Made by a program: the position numbers and the translations under genes
Origin: Antedon mediterranea
Taxonomy: Eukaryota > Animalia > Echinodermata
Length of the DNA stretch: 64,000 nucleotides
Direction: 5' to 3'
Assembly (NCBI RefSeq): GCF_964355755.1
Contig: NC_092678.1
Location: 7,890,422-7,954,421, forward strand
Notes under the pieces: model-generated
What the model saw: the letters and a program-made list of their open reading frames with translations, nothing else
The model's database searches: none
What the model was told of the DNA's origin: nothing
Part shown: positions 26,059 to 39,267 of the stretch, piece after piece
How the letters are laid out: each line of letters opens with the position of its first letter
Position numbering within the stretch: the first letter of the stretch is position 1

Positions 26059-29000
26059 TAGGCTAGTCAATCTAGCATTTTGAGTGAAACAAATTGCAAA
26101 CACAGATTTTTTTTTTCTAAATAGTTACATATGATAAGGTGATTATTTTTTGAGCATCACACCTCTGACACTCATCCCGAAGGTATGCAAATTAGCTTAA
26201 ATATGCAAATTAGAGTGAAATTACAGTGTTACCATATCTTAAAAACTACTAATCGTAGACAGTTCATTTTTGCACAGTCTGGTTCAGAATATATATATTT
26301 ATATTTGCTCTTATGAGACATTTTACATAAAAATGTCCGGAAGTACCAAATTTTGACCCTTGACCCCATTTCTCAACATTTACATAAATATGTGATTAAA
26401 ATGTCTGTAGAGACTTTATTTTTGACCCAATGACTTGGATATTGTTTTTCAATACCCACCATAGAACTGTATTATAATTCCTAAAATCACAACTTCGTCA
26501 CGCACCTCGAAAGTATGCAAATTAGTAGTACAAGTAATATTAAATATGCAAATTAGGGAGTGAAATTACAGCGTTGCCATATCTTGAGAACCGCTAATGC
26601 TAGAGTGTTGATTTTGTCACTAAAATATTTAAAATGTATATATTTATATTTGCTGTAATGAGACATTTTACAAAAAAATCCCCGGAACTACGACATTTGA
26701 CCCTCGACCCCATTTCTCAATATTGCATATATAATGAAATCTAAAATGTCTGTAGAGACTTTGTTTTGCCCTCAAATGACTCGGATACAGGTTTCTAATA
26801 GCTAACATAGGAATGTTTAGTAAATCTCAAAATCACATCTGTATCACTCACCTTCAAAGTATGCAAATTATTAGTACAAGTTACATGAAATATGCAAATT
26901 AGGGGGTGAAATTACAGGTTCCTATATGTATCGAAAACCGCTAAGGTAGAGAGTTGATTTTTTCAAAAACTTGTTCAGAATGTACATATTTATATTTGCT
27001 CTAATGAAATATTTTACGAAAAAAATGACCGGAAATACAACAATTGACCCTTGACCCTATTTATCAATGTTTGCATACTTAATGCGACTAAAATGTCTGT
27101 AGATAATTTTTTTGGACTCAAATGACTCGGATACAGTTTTCCTATGGTCAGCATAGGACCTCTTTGTAATTCCCAAAATCACATCTTTGTCACATACCTT
27201 GAAAGTATGCAAATTAAATTACAGTCTTCCCATATCTCGAAAACCATTAATGCTAGAGAGTTGATTTGAATTCAGAGTTGATTCAGAATGTACATATTTA
27301 TATTCGCTGTAATGAAACATTTTACGCAAAAATTGTCTTGATTGAATTATGACATTTGACCCTTAACCCTATTTCTCAATATTTTCATATAATTCAACTA
27401 AAATATCTGTACAGACTGTTTTGGCCTCAAATGACTCAGATACAGGTTTTCTATAGCCAGCATAGAACTGTTAGTAATTCTCAAAATCACACCATTTGTT
27501 ACTTCCCTAGAAAATATGCAACTTAGTAGTACAAGAGGTGAAAGTTGCCATATCTCTATCGGTCATTAGCGTTTTTCGAGATACATAAGGCTGTAATTTG
27601 CATATTTCATATAACTTGTACTAATAATTTGCATACTTTCGAGTTGCTTGACTTTTGGAATTACTAAACGATCCTATACTGGCTATATAAAACCTGTATT
27701 CAAGTCATTTGAGGCCAAAACAAAGTCTGTACATACATTTTAGTTGCATTATATGCAAATATTGAGAAATAGGTTCGAGGGTCAAATGTCATACTTTCGA
27801 TAATTTTTTTTTTCAATAATGACCCAGATACAGGTTTTCTATAGCCAGCATAGAACTGTTTAGTAATTCTCAAAATCACACCTCGGTTACTTCGCTTGAA
27901 AGTATGTAAATCAGTAGTAAAAGAAAGTTGCCATATCTCTCTCTCTCGGTCATTAGCGTTTTCGAGATACATAAGGCAATTCACTGTAATTTGCATATTT
28001 CATATAGCTTGTACTACTAATTTGCATACTTTTGAGGTGCTTGACTTATACTGGCTATATAAAACCTGTATCCGAGTCATTTGAGGCCAAAACAAAGTCT
28101 GTACATACATTTTAGTTGCATTATATGCAAATATTGAAAAATAATAATAATAATATCCTGAATTTATATAGCGCCTAATGTTGTGAAACCTCTAAGCGCT
28201 GTACATAAACTAATACGAAAAAAGGGAATTCCAACCATGCCAAAACGAAGGCGTGATTTTGGGAATTACAAAGCGGTCCTATGCTGACTATAGGAAACAT
28301 GTATCCGAGTTATTTGAGTCCAAAACAAAGTCTCTACAGACATTTTAGTCGCATTATGTATGCAAACATTGATAAATGGGGTCGAGGGTCAATTGTTGTA
28401 TTTCCGGTCATTTTTTCGTAAAATGTTTCATTAAAGTAAATATAAATATGTACATTCTGAACAAGTTATTGAAAAAATCAACTCTCTAGCCTTAGTGGTT
28501 TTCGATATATAGGAACCTTTAATTTCACCCTCTAATTTGCATATTTCATGTAACTTGTACTAATAATTTGCATACTTTGGAGGTGAGTGATACAGGTGTG
28601 ATTTTGAGATCTACTAAACAGTCTCTACAGACATTTTAGTTTCATTTATATATGCAATATTGAGAAATGGGGTCGAGGGTCAAATGTCATACTTCCGGTC
28701 AATTTTTTGTAAAATGTTTCATTGGAGCAAATAGAAATATGTATATTCTGAATACGGCTGTAAAAAATCAGCTCTCTAGCATTAGTGGTTTTCGAGATAC
28801 AGGACAACTGTAATTTTGTCCCCTTATTTGCATATTTTATTTAAATTGTACTACTAATTTGCATACTTTCGAGGTGTGTGACAAATGTGTGATTTTGGGA
28901 ATTACAAAGTGATCCTATGCTGGCTATTAGGAACCTATGTCTGGGTCATTTGAGGGCAAAATAAAGTCTCTACAGACATTTTAGTCACATTGTATATGCA

Positions 29001-29332
29001 AACATTGAGAAATGGGGTCGAAGGTCAAATGTTGTACTTCCGGTCATTTTTTCGTAAAATATTTCATAAGAGTAAATATAAATATATACATTTTGGATAG
29101 ATCAGTGAAAAAATCAACTCTCTCGGACTAGTAGTTTTTGAGATATGGTAACCCTGTAATTTCACCCTAATTTGCATATTTAAGCTAATTTGCATATCAT
29201 CGGGATGAGTGACAGATGTGTGATGCTCAAATTTTGATCTCCTCATCATATATGACCATTTAAAAAAGAAAAATCTCTGTTTGCAATTTGTTTCACTTTG
29301 GCCTGTTTTTTTTTGCTAGATTGACTAGCCTA
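26059..29332. mobile_element. non-autonomous foldback DNA transposon (TAG..CTA termini, TTA TSD; Academ-like) with arrays of inverted subterminal repeats
   Basis: TIR taggctagtcaatctagca / tgctagattgactagccta. TTA at 26056-26058 and 29333-29335 (a TA-TSD reading is also possible). Roughly 350-bp units (tatgcaaatta..., tgacccctgacccc...) run forward to about 27540 and reversed after it. Confidence 0.75.
28140..28250 (-). mobile_element. L2-type LINE/SINE 3' tail fragment
   Basis: Minus strand reads agcgcttagag...ggcgctatataaat...(TAT)n, resembling L2-associated 3' ends. Confidence 0.55.
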
Positions 29333-29814
29333 TTATACAAGCTTTGCTTTTTAGGAATGTTGCCCCTCTTATTTTAATAATTTTTACTGTTAATTTTTAT
29401 TTTCTATGAAAGACAAGAGAAATAAATGTTACTTTGATTGATTGATTGATTGATAGAGTTATTTTTATAAATATAAATTTAATAACTTTATGTCATAATA
29501 TTAATCCATTAATATCAATGTAAAATAATGTGTAATTGTATTTTAAATTAAAACCAAACTGGTTAAAATAATCAAACATGTAAAGCTGCCCTTGTTCCAC
29601 ACACAATAGAATCACAAAAAAACTGGTCAAAAGGAGACTTTTCGATGATAAAAATATAAAAATCGCAAAAAAAAAACAATATAGTATAAACTAGCAAATG
29701 TGAAAAATTAAAACATTAAAAATAATACAGAACACTCCACTCTCATTATACAGTAGTTATACTGCATTTACTCTATTGTATGTACTTTAGTGATATCACA
29801 ATATACTATGTTAA

Positions 29815-30409
29815 AGCTCAGGTACAGGCATGAATTTTAAATACAATATCTGGTTAATTGTACATAAATCAAATATTAGTAACAGAAATCAATACGAAAA
29901 AACATGAATTTCCCTTAATATGGCCAAATACAAAATTTTGCAAAATTCTGCCATAAAAACCAGGAAGACTTTTTTTCAGTAGTTAGGTAGTTTAACCTAA
30001 TGTAATAACATGTCTGGTGACTCCCTAGAAGGTGAAAAAAGATGGTGGATATACGGTGGATAATTTTTGCTATAGCATGAATATAAAAATCTGAAGTTGA
30101 TTAAAAATACCAGGAATGTAAAATTCAAGTTATATTACCTATATTTAGTCATCTGATAACATTTTTTACCACACCGTTTATTTTTCATAGCTTTTCAAAA
30201 TGCCTCTCTTTTTACAAAATTTGTGTACAAAAGAATAGAGATTTTACTGTATAATTTGAACTATCCCCCCACTGATAAGAAAGTGCTTATTTTCAACAAG
30301 CTCGTGTAACACAAATAAAATCGCAAAAATTATGAAACATAGGGGAAACTATAGATCGATAATTATTGGAATGTATGATCAATAGAAATTTTTTGCCCGC
30401 ACCTGGCCT
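29815..30409. mobile_element. Kolobok-like non-autonomous DNA transposon
   Basis: TTAA TSD at 29811-29814 and 30410-30413. Imperfect TIR agctcaggtacaggca / tgcccgcacctggcct. The empty site atactatgttaaaataaaaatg is seen in paralogous intron copies at about 20728 and 22077. Confidence 0.8.
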
Positions 30410-30714
30410 TTAAAACAAAAATGTTATTTTAGTCTACTATCACATTCTTACGTAAAATGTCGTATACGGAAATTGACCAGATTACTGATGAGCCCGTAAA
30501 CTGATTGAAAGGACCTAAATATACTGTAGACCGCCACAAGACCAGTAGTTCCACATTAACAAAATCCACCCACTCCCCATCTGTTCAATATTATGATCCT
30601 GCTGTTTAAATAGCATTGACCTATTATCAAAGAAATATAAATTGTACATTTTGCTCACAGTATGACGTAAATTTAGTTAAATTTCAAAATATCGATAAAA
30701 AAAGTTATACTTAC

Positions 30715-30858
30715 AATCTTTGTTATTGGATAATACACATTGTACTTAACAAGCTCTGTATGTATATTTGCATTCCATCGAGTACATCTAGTGTTATTAA
30801 CACATAAACCATCTGAGTAACACGTCCAGACATTACATGCAATATGTTGGGCATTCGA
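30715..30858 (-). pseudogene. Cys-rich LRR N-cap-like exon, frame disrupted
   Basis: tag|TC ECPTYC / CNVWTCYSDGLCVNNTRCTRWN...YPITK |gtaag. The phase-1 start fits the SRCR exon, but a TAA follows unless there is a frameshift. Confidence 0.55.
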
Positions 30859-31325
30859 CTATAATGATTTTGTAAAAATAAACACAAGCAGTAAATAATA
30901 TAATTCAGTAATTCATGTAAAACAACAACATTATCTAGTACTTATTTCTATATTACAATTACATAGTAGAACACTACGATAATGATGATTACTGGTGGTG
31001 TGATAACAATTAGTATTTTAAAGATGAACATACATTCTTATAATTCGATACAGGTGAAATAAAAACATATTATATTTAAGCCTCAATATTACACTGTTTA
31101 ATTTAATGGTATTGTTCATTTCGTCGTGTTAAACAATGGAATATTATATAAGGAGAATAAATGATGCCAAATGTAGCTTTAACCTCTTTTTTCTCTAAAT
31201 GAGTAAAAATATTGAAAATAGAACTTATTTTTATATAATTTATAAACACTCCCTCTTAGTCAATAGTGTATTGTAATATCGTCTGTTAGTACTGAAGTTT
31301 GTATTTAGTGTCAAATTTTCCTTAC

Positions 31326-31578
31326 ATTGACAAATAACACTAGCATCCTCAGAATGTCCACAAATGTGTACCCTCATTCCATTATTAGGACAGTCTGTGA
31401 TAGCTGTCTCAATTCCTGAACATTGAACATCATCAAGCATAATCGGACCAGTCCCTTGACCAAAATAAGCTTGTCTTAGTCCTAGTCTTAGTTGTCGAAA
31501 TACAACTTGAGCGTCGTTGATGTCCCAGCCATTATCACATATTGTACCCCATTCTGTGCCATTGTAAACTTCAACTCG
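31326..31578 (-). pseudogene. SRCR domain exon, 3' part
   Basis: RVEVYNGTEWGTICDNGWDINDAQVVFRQL...FGQGTGPIMLDDVQCSG.E..I.DC...HICGHSEDASVICQ|gtaag. The conserved VVCRQL Cys reads Phe. Confidence 0.92.
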
Positions 31579-31583
31579 TCCCT

Positions 31584-32431
31584 TGTTTGGTCCCAAACTA
31601 GTTTATATTTAGAGAGGGCACATTATTAAGAAAATGACGTCATTTTAGGACCATGTGAGGAGAGGTATCTTGCATTAGAGAGGAGAGGATGTATGATCAC
31701 AGCTAGTGACTTTAATTACAGGATATTGACATATATTGTTTAATTTTTGATATTTACCTGAATTGTTTATGTACTGCAGATAGCGGGTGACTTTGCTATT
31801 TTCGGTAAGCTGCATTCCGCTACATTTATTGATCAATAACTCATACAGATTTAATGTTATTAGGCCAAGTTCTATTGAGACGCCATTAATTTAATAATTA
31901 AATGTTACCTAGCTAGGCCTAGGCCTATATATATTGATGAGATATGGCTTTGACCTGTTGTACCTTAATTTAATCATTTACTAAGTATTAGTATTAATAA
32001 GTCATTGTTAAAGTTACTGCATTGCATTAAGCACCTGGATACTATAGTTATGATAATCTTCGCAAAACTTTATAGTTCATGTGATCATTTTAATTGATTT
32101 ACGTATACAATGTCAATGGCATGTAGGTGTCGCGTCGTTGTAGGAGGAGTTAACCGCAATGATTTTGTTATCCGTTGCTATGACGACACGGTTTTGCATT
32201 TTTAATTAGTTTAAGGGATCGTCTTTTATATTGTTTTAACTTAAATACAAAACTTGTCAGTTTGACGCTTAAGGAGCCACATACTGTATATTGCTAGACA
32301 TGCATTTATAGGTCATTGTTATGTTTTGTTTTAGTAATCTGGTTCACATTCAAGAAACAGGAATAAAGGAGCACCTTGGGTGTTGAACTTGAATAACGAA
32401 TATCACTCGCATTATTTTTAGGGCAGTTACA
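31584..32431 (+). repeat. 5' LTR of BEL/Pao #1
   Basis: tgtttggtcccaaactag...gggcagttaca; matches 55759-56585 apart from substitutions and indels, including a 23-bp indel. Confidence 0.95.
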
Positions 32432-32471
32432 TTATTACGAAAATAACATAAGGTAGGAGATTTCTATTACT

Positions 32472-33981
32472 ATGTCAACAACATCATCAAGACTCACGTC
32501 TAAATCAAGTAGAGGGTCAACTACTTCACTCAGATTGAATGCAGCAGAGGCAAGGGCCGATGCTGCTGTGGCCAAGGCAAAGGAGGAGTTTAGGATTAAG
32601 AAAGCTCTTGCTGCCAAGGCTAAACTTGAGGCAGAGGCAGAGTTAGAACTGCTTAATATCAGAGAAGAAGCAGCGACATCCCTAGCAAGAGCAAGTGCTC
32701 TGGATAAAGAAATAGATAAAATAGAGGAACGAGACGAAGAATTAAGTGTCAATTTACCAGTTGAATCAGCCCAAGACCGGATGAGACCATTCATTGTGGA
32801 CAATAGGATCGAAGAAGATTTAGAATTACACGATAACGTACTTGAAAATCAATGCAATGAAGATGGGCAAACCAATGAAATAAAACCAGTTAAGCCTTGT
32901 GCCCCAACCGATGATGCGATGAACATGCTGATCCGTCAACAAATAGAGATGGCAAAGGCAATTGTTACAAGTCAGCAGAAGGCCCAGCTGCCACGACGGA
33001 AAATTAAACCATACAATGGTGAGGCAACAGAGTACAATGCATTCATAAAGGCATTCGAGCACGAAGTCGATAGCAAGACAGAGAGCAATAGTGAAAGACT
33101 GTATTACTTGGAACAGTTTACCATTGGAGATGTGAATAAATTAGTAAGGAGTTACATGCACACAGAAGGTGACAGAGGTTACGAGGAGGCAAGAAAGGCG
33201 ATTGGCAAAAGGTTTGGAAACAAGTACAAAATGACAGAAGCATACATGGAAAAGGCCCAATCAATAGACGAGATTCGTTCGGAAGATGCAAGTGCGTTAA
33301 GTAATTTTTCTTTGTTTCTATTAGAGTGTCGAAATGCAATGGAAGATTTGAATTATCTGTCTGAACTTAACCACACAAAAAACATCCAGATTTTAGTGGC
33401 AAAGTTACCGTATAGGCTAAGAGGGAAATGGCGCACTACAACAGACTACATACAAGAGGAACAATGAGAACCGTTACATTCGATGACTTTGTTGAATTTG
33501 TAGAGAAGCAGAGTAGGATTGCCAATAATCCTGTATATGGTTCGTTAAACTCAGAAAGGGCAAGCAAACCCCAACGTGAGAAGACTCAAAAGCCACCCAG
33601 CAAGGGAAGCTTCTCCACAACAAAGGAAGATGCCATTTGCCTTTATTGCAAGGAAACCCACAACCTTGAAAACTGCATCATGTTTGATGGGCTGTCTAGA
33701 GAAACCAAAATTGAATTTCTGAAGCAATCAAGAGGATGCTTTGGCTGTCTCCGTATAGGACACCGTAGCAAGGAATGCAGGCAACGGCTCGAATGTAAAA
33801 CTTGCAAGGGAGCTCACCCGACATCCCTACACAGAGATCCAAATGCTAACCAGCCGCCGAATGTTGGATCAGCCTGTTCTACAAGAGGCGAATGTACTCT
33901 CGCGATCGTACCAGTACAGGTTACAGCGAGAAACGGGAGTCAGCCGATCAAGACATACGCATTCTTTGATCCGGGAAGCAG
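32472..33981 (+). pseudogene. gag: BEL/Pao #1 gag (three Cys/His knuckles) and start of protease, frameshift at about 33465
   Basis: RLYYLEQFT, KLPYRLRGKW, CLYCKETHNLENC, CFGCLRIGHRSKEC, CKTCKGAHPTSLH, YAFFDPGS. Confidence 0.9.
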
Positions 33982-34371
33982 TGTTACGGGCTCGCTCGTT
34001 AGGCTGAAACCAACAAAAAGAACATAACAAAACACGTTGTAGTTGTCGTCCATCTTTTTTCATCTCTTCACTTTACTCTAGAGGGCTCACTTCCATGTGA
34101 CAAACATAAACCCCCACTTAAAGACAGTTTGATATGATTAAACTTATAACTGTTTACTATAACATCTTAAATCTTTTCTTATACAGTAGTTATTTTAACA
34201 GGTCGTTGATATGAATTTACTTCAACTGCTTCTTTAAAATTTCACTAGTTCTAATTACTTTAAATCCGTGTATGCCATTAATGCATCACTCTATCACAAC
34301 TAACATATTATAATTAAATAAACACTTTTTAAATCAACAAAACTTTTAAAATCATTTCATGCATGTTTTAT

Positions 34372-35217
34372 CTAAACTCTTGACAAAGCGTCAGCTACAA
34401 CATTGTCTTTTCCTCTGATATGATGAATTTCCAGATTCATTTCTTGAACTGCTAAACTCCATCTCAACAAGCGTTGATTTTTGTCCTTCAGTCTTGCCAA
34501 GAACGTTAATGGGTTGTGGTCAGTCCAAACTACAATTGGAAACGGAGTAGATCCAAGATACACTTCAAAGTGCTTTAACGCTGACATCAAAGCTAATGTC
34601 TCCTTCTCAACAGTAGAATAACGCTTCTTATGCTGGTTGAATTTTCTCGTGTAGAAACACACAGGCTTGTCAACACCATTCTCGTCTGTTTGCGCCAACA
34701 CAGCACCAGAACCAACATCACTGGCATCAATCATTAACGAGAACTGTTTATCAAATTGTGGAGCCATCAACACCGGTTCGTTTGATAACATCGCTTTAAC
34801 TTTAATGAACGCATTATTGCATTCCTCCAACCACACAAAGCTCGCATTCTTTTTCAGCAGATTCGTTAATGGAGCTACAAGCGTTGAGAAACTTCTGCAA
34901 AAACGTCGATAAAACCCAGCCATTCCCAGGAACCGCATTAACTCCCGCTTACTCTTTGGAACTGGGAAATCACAGACTGCCTTAATCTTAGCACTTACTG
35001 GTTTTACTTTTCCGCAACCAACTTTATGACCTAAGAACACAATTTCTGGACATGAAAACTCGCTTTTCACCAAATTTACTGTCAACTTTGCAGCTGTCAA
35101 CCTGTCAAACAATGCCTTAATTCTCTGCACATGGACATCCCATGTATCACTATAAACAACCAAATCGTCTATATAAGCTTCACAGCCCTCCAACCCTGAA
35201 ATTATACCATTAACCAA
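34372..35217 (-). pseudogene. pol: Gmr1 pol: RT C-half and RNase H
   Basis: AYIDD, RFLGMAGFYRRFC, IDASDVGSGAVL, EKETLAL, TDHNPL, NVVADALSR. Frameshifted from the 35244-38156 ORF. Confidence 0.92.
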
Positions 35218-35243
35218 TTTCTGAAACGTGGCTGGTGCGTTTT

Positions 35244-38200
35244 TTAAACCGAAGGCATGACCTTATACTGATAAAGACCCATAGGAGTTACAAAAGCTGA
35301 CACTTCTTTCGCACGCACTGTTAAAGGAATTTGCCAGTAACCCTTTAGAAGATCAAATTTACTGACAAACTTAGCACTACCCACACGATCAATACAGTCA
35401 TCTATCCTCGGTATGGGATATGAATCTGTAGTAGATTTAGCATTAACCTTCCGATAATCAGTACAAAAACGATACGATTTATCTGGCTTCGGAACTAATA
35501 TACATGGAGAACTCCAAGCACTGCAACTAGGCTCGATTATATCATTCTTAATCATGTAATCAATCTCATTTTGTAATATCTTCATCTTGTCGAACGGATT
35601 TGCTCTATATGGATGTTGTTTTATTGGTGAACAATCAGCTGTCTTAACGTCATGCTCCACTAAGTTCGTTAGACCTGGAACATCCGGAAAGAACTGCAGA
35701 TTTCCAAATATCAAACTAACAATTTCAACCTTACGATCACGAGATAAATGACCAACTTTCTCTTCAATGTTTGAAAGGACATCTGAATTACTGAACTTAA
35801 CACATGTATCAGGATCCCCAAACTCTTCAGAATTCTCTTCAACAACACACGTAACTGGTGTTGACGTACAGGTATCAGTATTATTTCTCGCTGTGTATGG
35901 TTTCAACATGTTTATATGACACAGTCGCTTCTTCTTACGCCTATCTGGAGTATCTAACACATAGTCAACTTCTCCTATTCTTTCTAATACTTTGTAAGGA
36001 TCAGCAAATCTTGCAGATAATGGTTGACTGGGAAGAGGCAACATAACTAACACTTCATCACCTGAAGTAAAGCTTCTCTTTTCTGATTTCCTATCAAACA
36101 ATCTCTTCATTTTACCCTGAGCCTTCACAAGATTCTTTCTAGCCATCTCACGAGCACGATTTAATCGATCACGAAATTCAGACACATAATCTAGTATCGA
36201 TACAGACTCTTCTGCATTCCCTAACAGCCTTTCTTTGACTATTTTAAGAGGGCTGGGGGCCGAATGACCATACACCAACTCAAATGGGCTAAACCCTAAG
36301 GACTCTTGCACTGTTTCACGAACAGCAAATAACAATAAGGGAACTCCCTCATCCCATTCCTTTTCACATTGAAAACAATAGGTTTTAATCATATTCTTAA
36401 GTGTTTGATGAAATCTCTCAAGTGCCCCTTGAAACTGTGGATGGTAAGCACTTGAACTTATATGGGCAACACCTAACTGCTCTAAGACTTGTTTAAATAT
36501 CTTTGACATGAAGTTTGATCCTTGATCGGACTGAACAGCTTTAGGCAATCCTACCCATGTAAAGAATTTTACTAATGCTTTAACAACATTCTTAGCTGTA
36601 ATACGCCTAAGAGGAATCGCTTCTGGAAACCTACTTGATGCACACATTATTGTTAATAGATACTCATTTCCATTTTTAGTACGTGGTAATGGTCCCACAC
36701 AATCAACAATAACCCTTGAAAATGGTTCACCGAATGCAGGAATAGGCTTAAGTGGGGCTACTGGAACCTTTTGATTAGGCTTCCCCACTACCTGACACGC
36801 ATGACAGGATTTACAATAATTAGACACATCTTTTCTATGACCTGGCCAAAAGAAATGCCTGATAATTTTGTCTACCGTTTTATTGACACCTAAATGACCT
36901 GAAAAAGGATCATCATGCGCAATACCAATAATATCTTGACGGTATCCACTAGGAATAACTATCTGGTGAATCTCATTCCAAACATCACTACTTGGAATAT
37001 CTGGTGGCCTCCACTTACGCATAAGTATGCCATCCTTTATATAATAACAAACAGGAACAATAGACATTTCCTCTACAGAAAGAGCTTGCTGACCAAATGA
37101 CACCAAACCAGGATCTTTACTCTGCTCTTCCACTAACCTTGACCGATTGAGAACTGTCGGACCGAAATCACACACTTTTGGGTGCTGTTGTTCAGCCTGG
37201 GCAGTGTGTGACTCGGGACCTGAGCAGACAGCCTCTTGGGAAACGCGATCCGTAATGTCTCCGTAAAAACTATCGCATAAGTCAATACTCTCATCCTCAT
37301 CTATGGTTTTATTTGCCATAGATCGCGTCACCGCACATGATGGAAACACATGTGATAATTCTTTCTCTAAACACACCGTGCTTTCGTCTTCAACAGGACT
37401 CTTGCACACAACCGGTTCTACTGTCACTCTGTCTCCGGCCAAATCATTCCCTAAAAGGAGTGTGACACCCCATACTGGAAGACTCGGAACGACACCGACA
37501 ACAAAATCTCCGCTAACAATATCTGTTTCAATCCGAATTACATGAAGTGGGACTTCCTTATAACCCCCTTCAACACCTTGAATGAGCACACTTGCTCCAG
37601 CAGAAGACTCGTTTGAAAATGACAATGCCGATTCTATTATCAGGGATTGTGACGCCCCTGTGTCTCTTAAGACACGAACTTTACTCAGATTCACATCGTT
37701 GATCAATGCTACAGAACCATTAGAGAGGAAAGGCTTAAATAGCTTTCGCACTTTTTCCGGACCTGAAGATTGGATCAACTTCTCACTTTCATCAACGTCA
37801 TGACTCTCTGTCACTTTCAACGGGACTGTATTTACTAACGTGTTTGGAAGTGATTGGGGTTTCTTATTATCCCTTTCTTTGCTTTGAAACAGCCAGCAAT
37901 CTGCCTTTATATGACCCTTTTTCTTGCAGTAAAAACAAGTTCTGACAAATTTACTACTACTATTAACTGTAGTTTTCTGACTTTGGACCTTAGAATCATC
38001 AACAGATTTGGAAACCGATTTGGTATTCACCACCTTGTGCGTGAGCACATAATTATCGGCAACAGAAGCCGCTTTCATTAAATTATCCACTTTCTGCTCC
38101 TCTAGATGTGTACGAACTTCAGTAGGGGAACAAGATTTAAACTCCTCAACTAACATAAGCTCACGAAGCTTTCCAAATTCACTGTTTACTCCTTCCGAAC

Positions 38201-38300
38201 TACAAAAAGAATCTGCTTCTTACGTGCAAATTCTGTAAACGTTTGATCATAAGGTTTACCTAAGTTCCTAAATTTCTGACGATACGCCTCTGGAACTAAC
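35244..38300 (-). pseudogene. pol: Gmr1 gag C-terminus, Zn knuckle, protease, integrase, then RT N-half
   Basis: CFYCKKKGHIKADC, LRDTGA, H..GHLG..CHAC, DCVGPL, SDQGSNF, LERFHQTLK upstream of RFCTDYRK and DLLKGYWQ. Confidence 0.93.
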
Positions 38301-38301
38301 T

Positions 38302-39116
38302 TGTTAACAGGTGTACAGGATAAGTCAGGCAGATAACAACAATCACGATGCTCAGTAATAAATCTGTCAAAGTATCTTTATTCTTTTCTCTTTCTTTCTT
38401 TAATTTGAGTATGGTCGAGGATTGAGAGGTTTCTAAACAATGATAAAAACAATAACAAACGTAATTAGCCTAAACTGAGGAATCGAGCTGATCCCTGTTG
38501 TCATGGCAACCGTAACTAGCTGAACAGCGTGTGCTCCATGCATCCATGCACCGAGTGGTGGCTAGGCTAAATTGACCAACGTCAACTATATAGGCCTACT
38601 ATAATACAATATTATGATCGCTGACGGTAGCTTATGCTACTCGGCCTATAAACGTTAACAATATAAAGATTTAACAAACAATAATATGTCGGCATAACGC
38701 CATCAACAAGTTATATAATGAGATCATTCTCAATTTCAATACTGAAGAACAGAGAGACGACAAGCCGTCGCCATGATGAACCGCTAGTCGTTAATTAAAG
38801 TGAAATTAACACAGGCCTAGTGATCAATATTACAATCAGAAAAAACGTACCGAAACTTCTGAACCTTCCTAGTACACTTGAAATCTTCCTTTATCTATTA
38901 ACAATATTATCTTAAAGTATCTATCTAGTTTCCCTATGAAACTATACTTTAAACTACACTTTGGATGTTTAGTTCCCCTATAGAACTACGAAACCATCTT
39001 TAACACATGGTTTTTTTTTGCCATCCTCCTCCGATCATGTCGAAGGTTATCGCTAGAGGGCTAATCTAAAATAATTATCTAGCGCCCTCATCTATATGTA
39101 TCTTATGAACTTTACA
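38302..39116 (-). repeat. 3' LTR of BEL/Pao #2
   Basis: tgttaacagg...ctttaca, with an adjacent minus-strand PPT aggagggccgg. Confidence 0.95.
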
Positions 39117-39267
39117 CCGGCCCTCCTAATGCGAATAACATAAAATGAGCATTAGCAAACTGCAAAAACAATTAGTAATCTTAATAATTAGCCTCGTTTA
39201 AAAATTTGTATCATCGTTAACTAAATAGCGTAAGATTTACTTGTTAGCTATATTATGACATAAATAA

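Larger units (their letters stand above)
22860..29453 (+). mobile_element. CR1/L2-group (Crack-like) LINE, 5'-truncated, 3'UTR interrupted by a foldback element
   Basis: APE + RT ORF2. The 3'UTR ctatgggctgcctta|tacaagctttgc rejoins across 26059-29332. AATAAA plus (TTGA)n tail at about 29434-29453. Left edge is approximate. Confidence 0.85.

Noticed and set aside
30484-30512. Second hammerhead (ctgatgagccc...gaaag)
   Set aside because: No complementary stem II between the core boxes.
31240-31596. Standalone 118-aa SRCR protein from the ORF track
   Set aside because: The apparent start lies in the BEL LTR and the end runs past a gtaag donor. It is the 3' part of a split exon.
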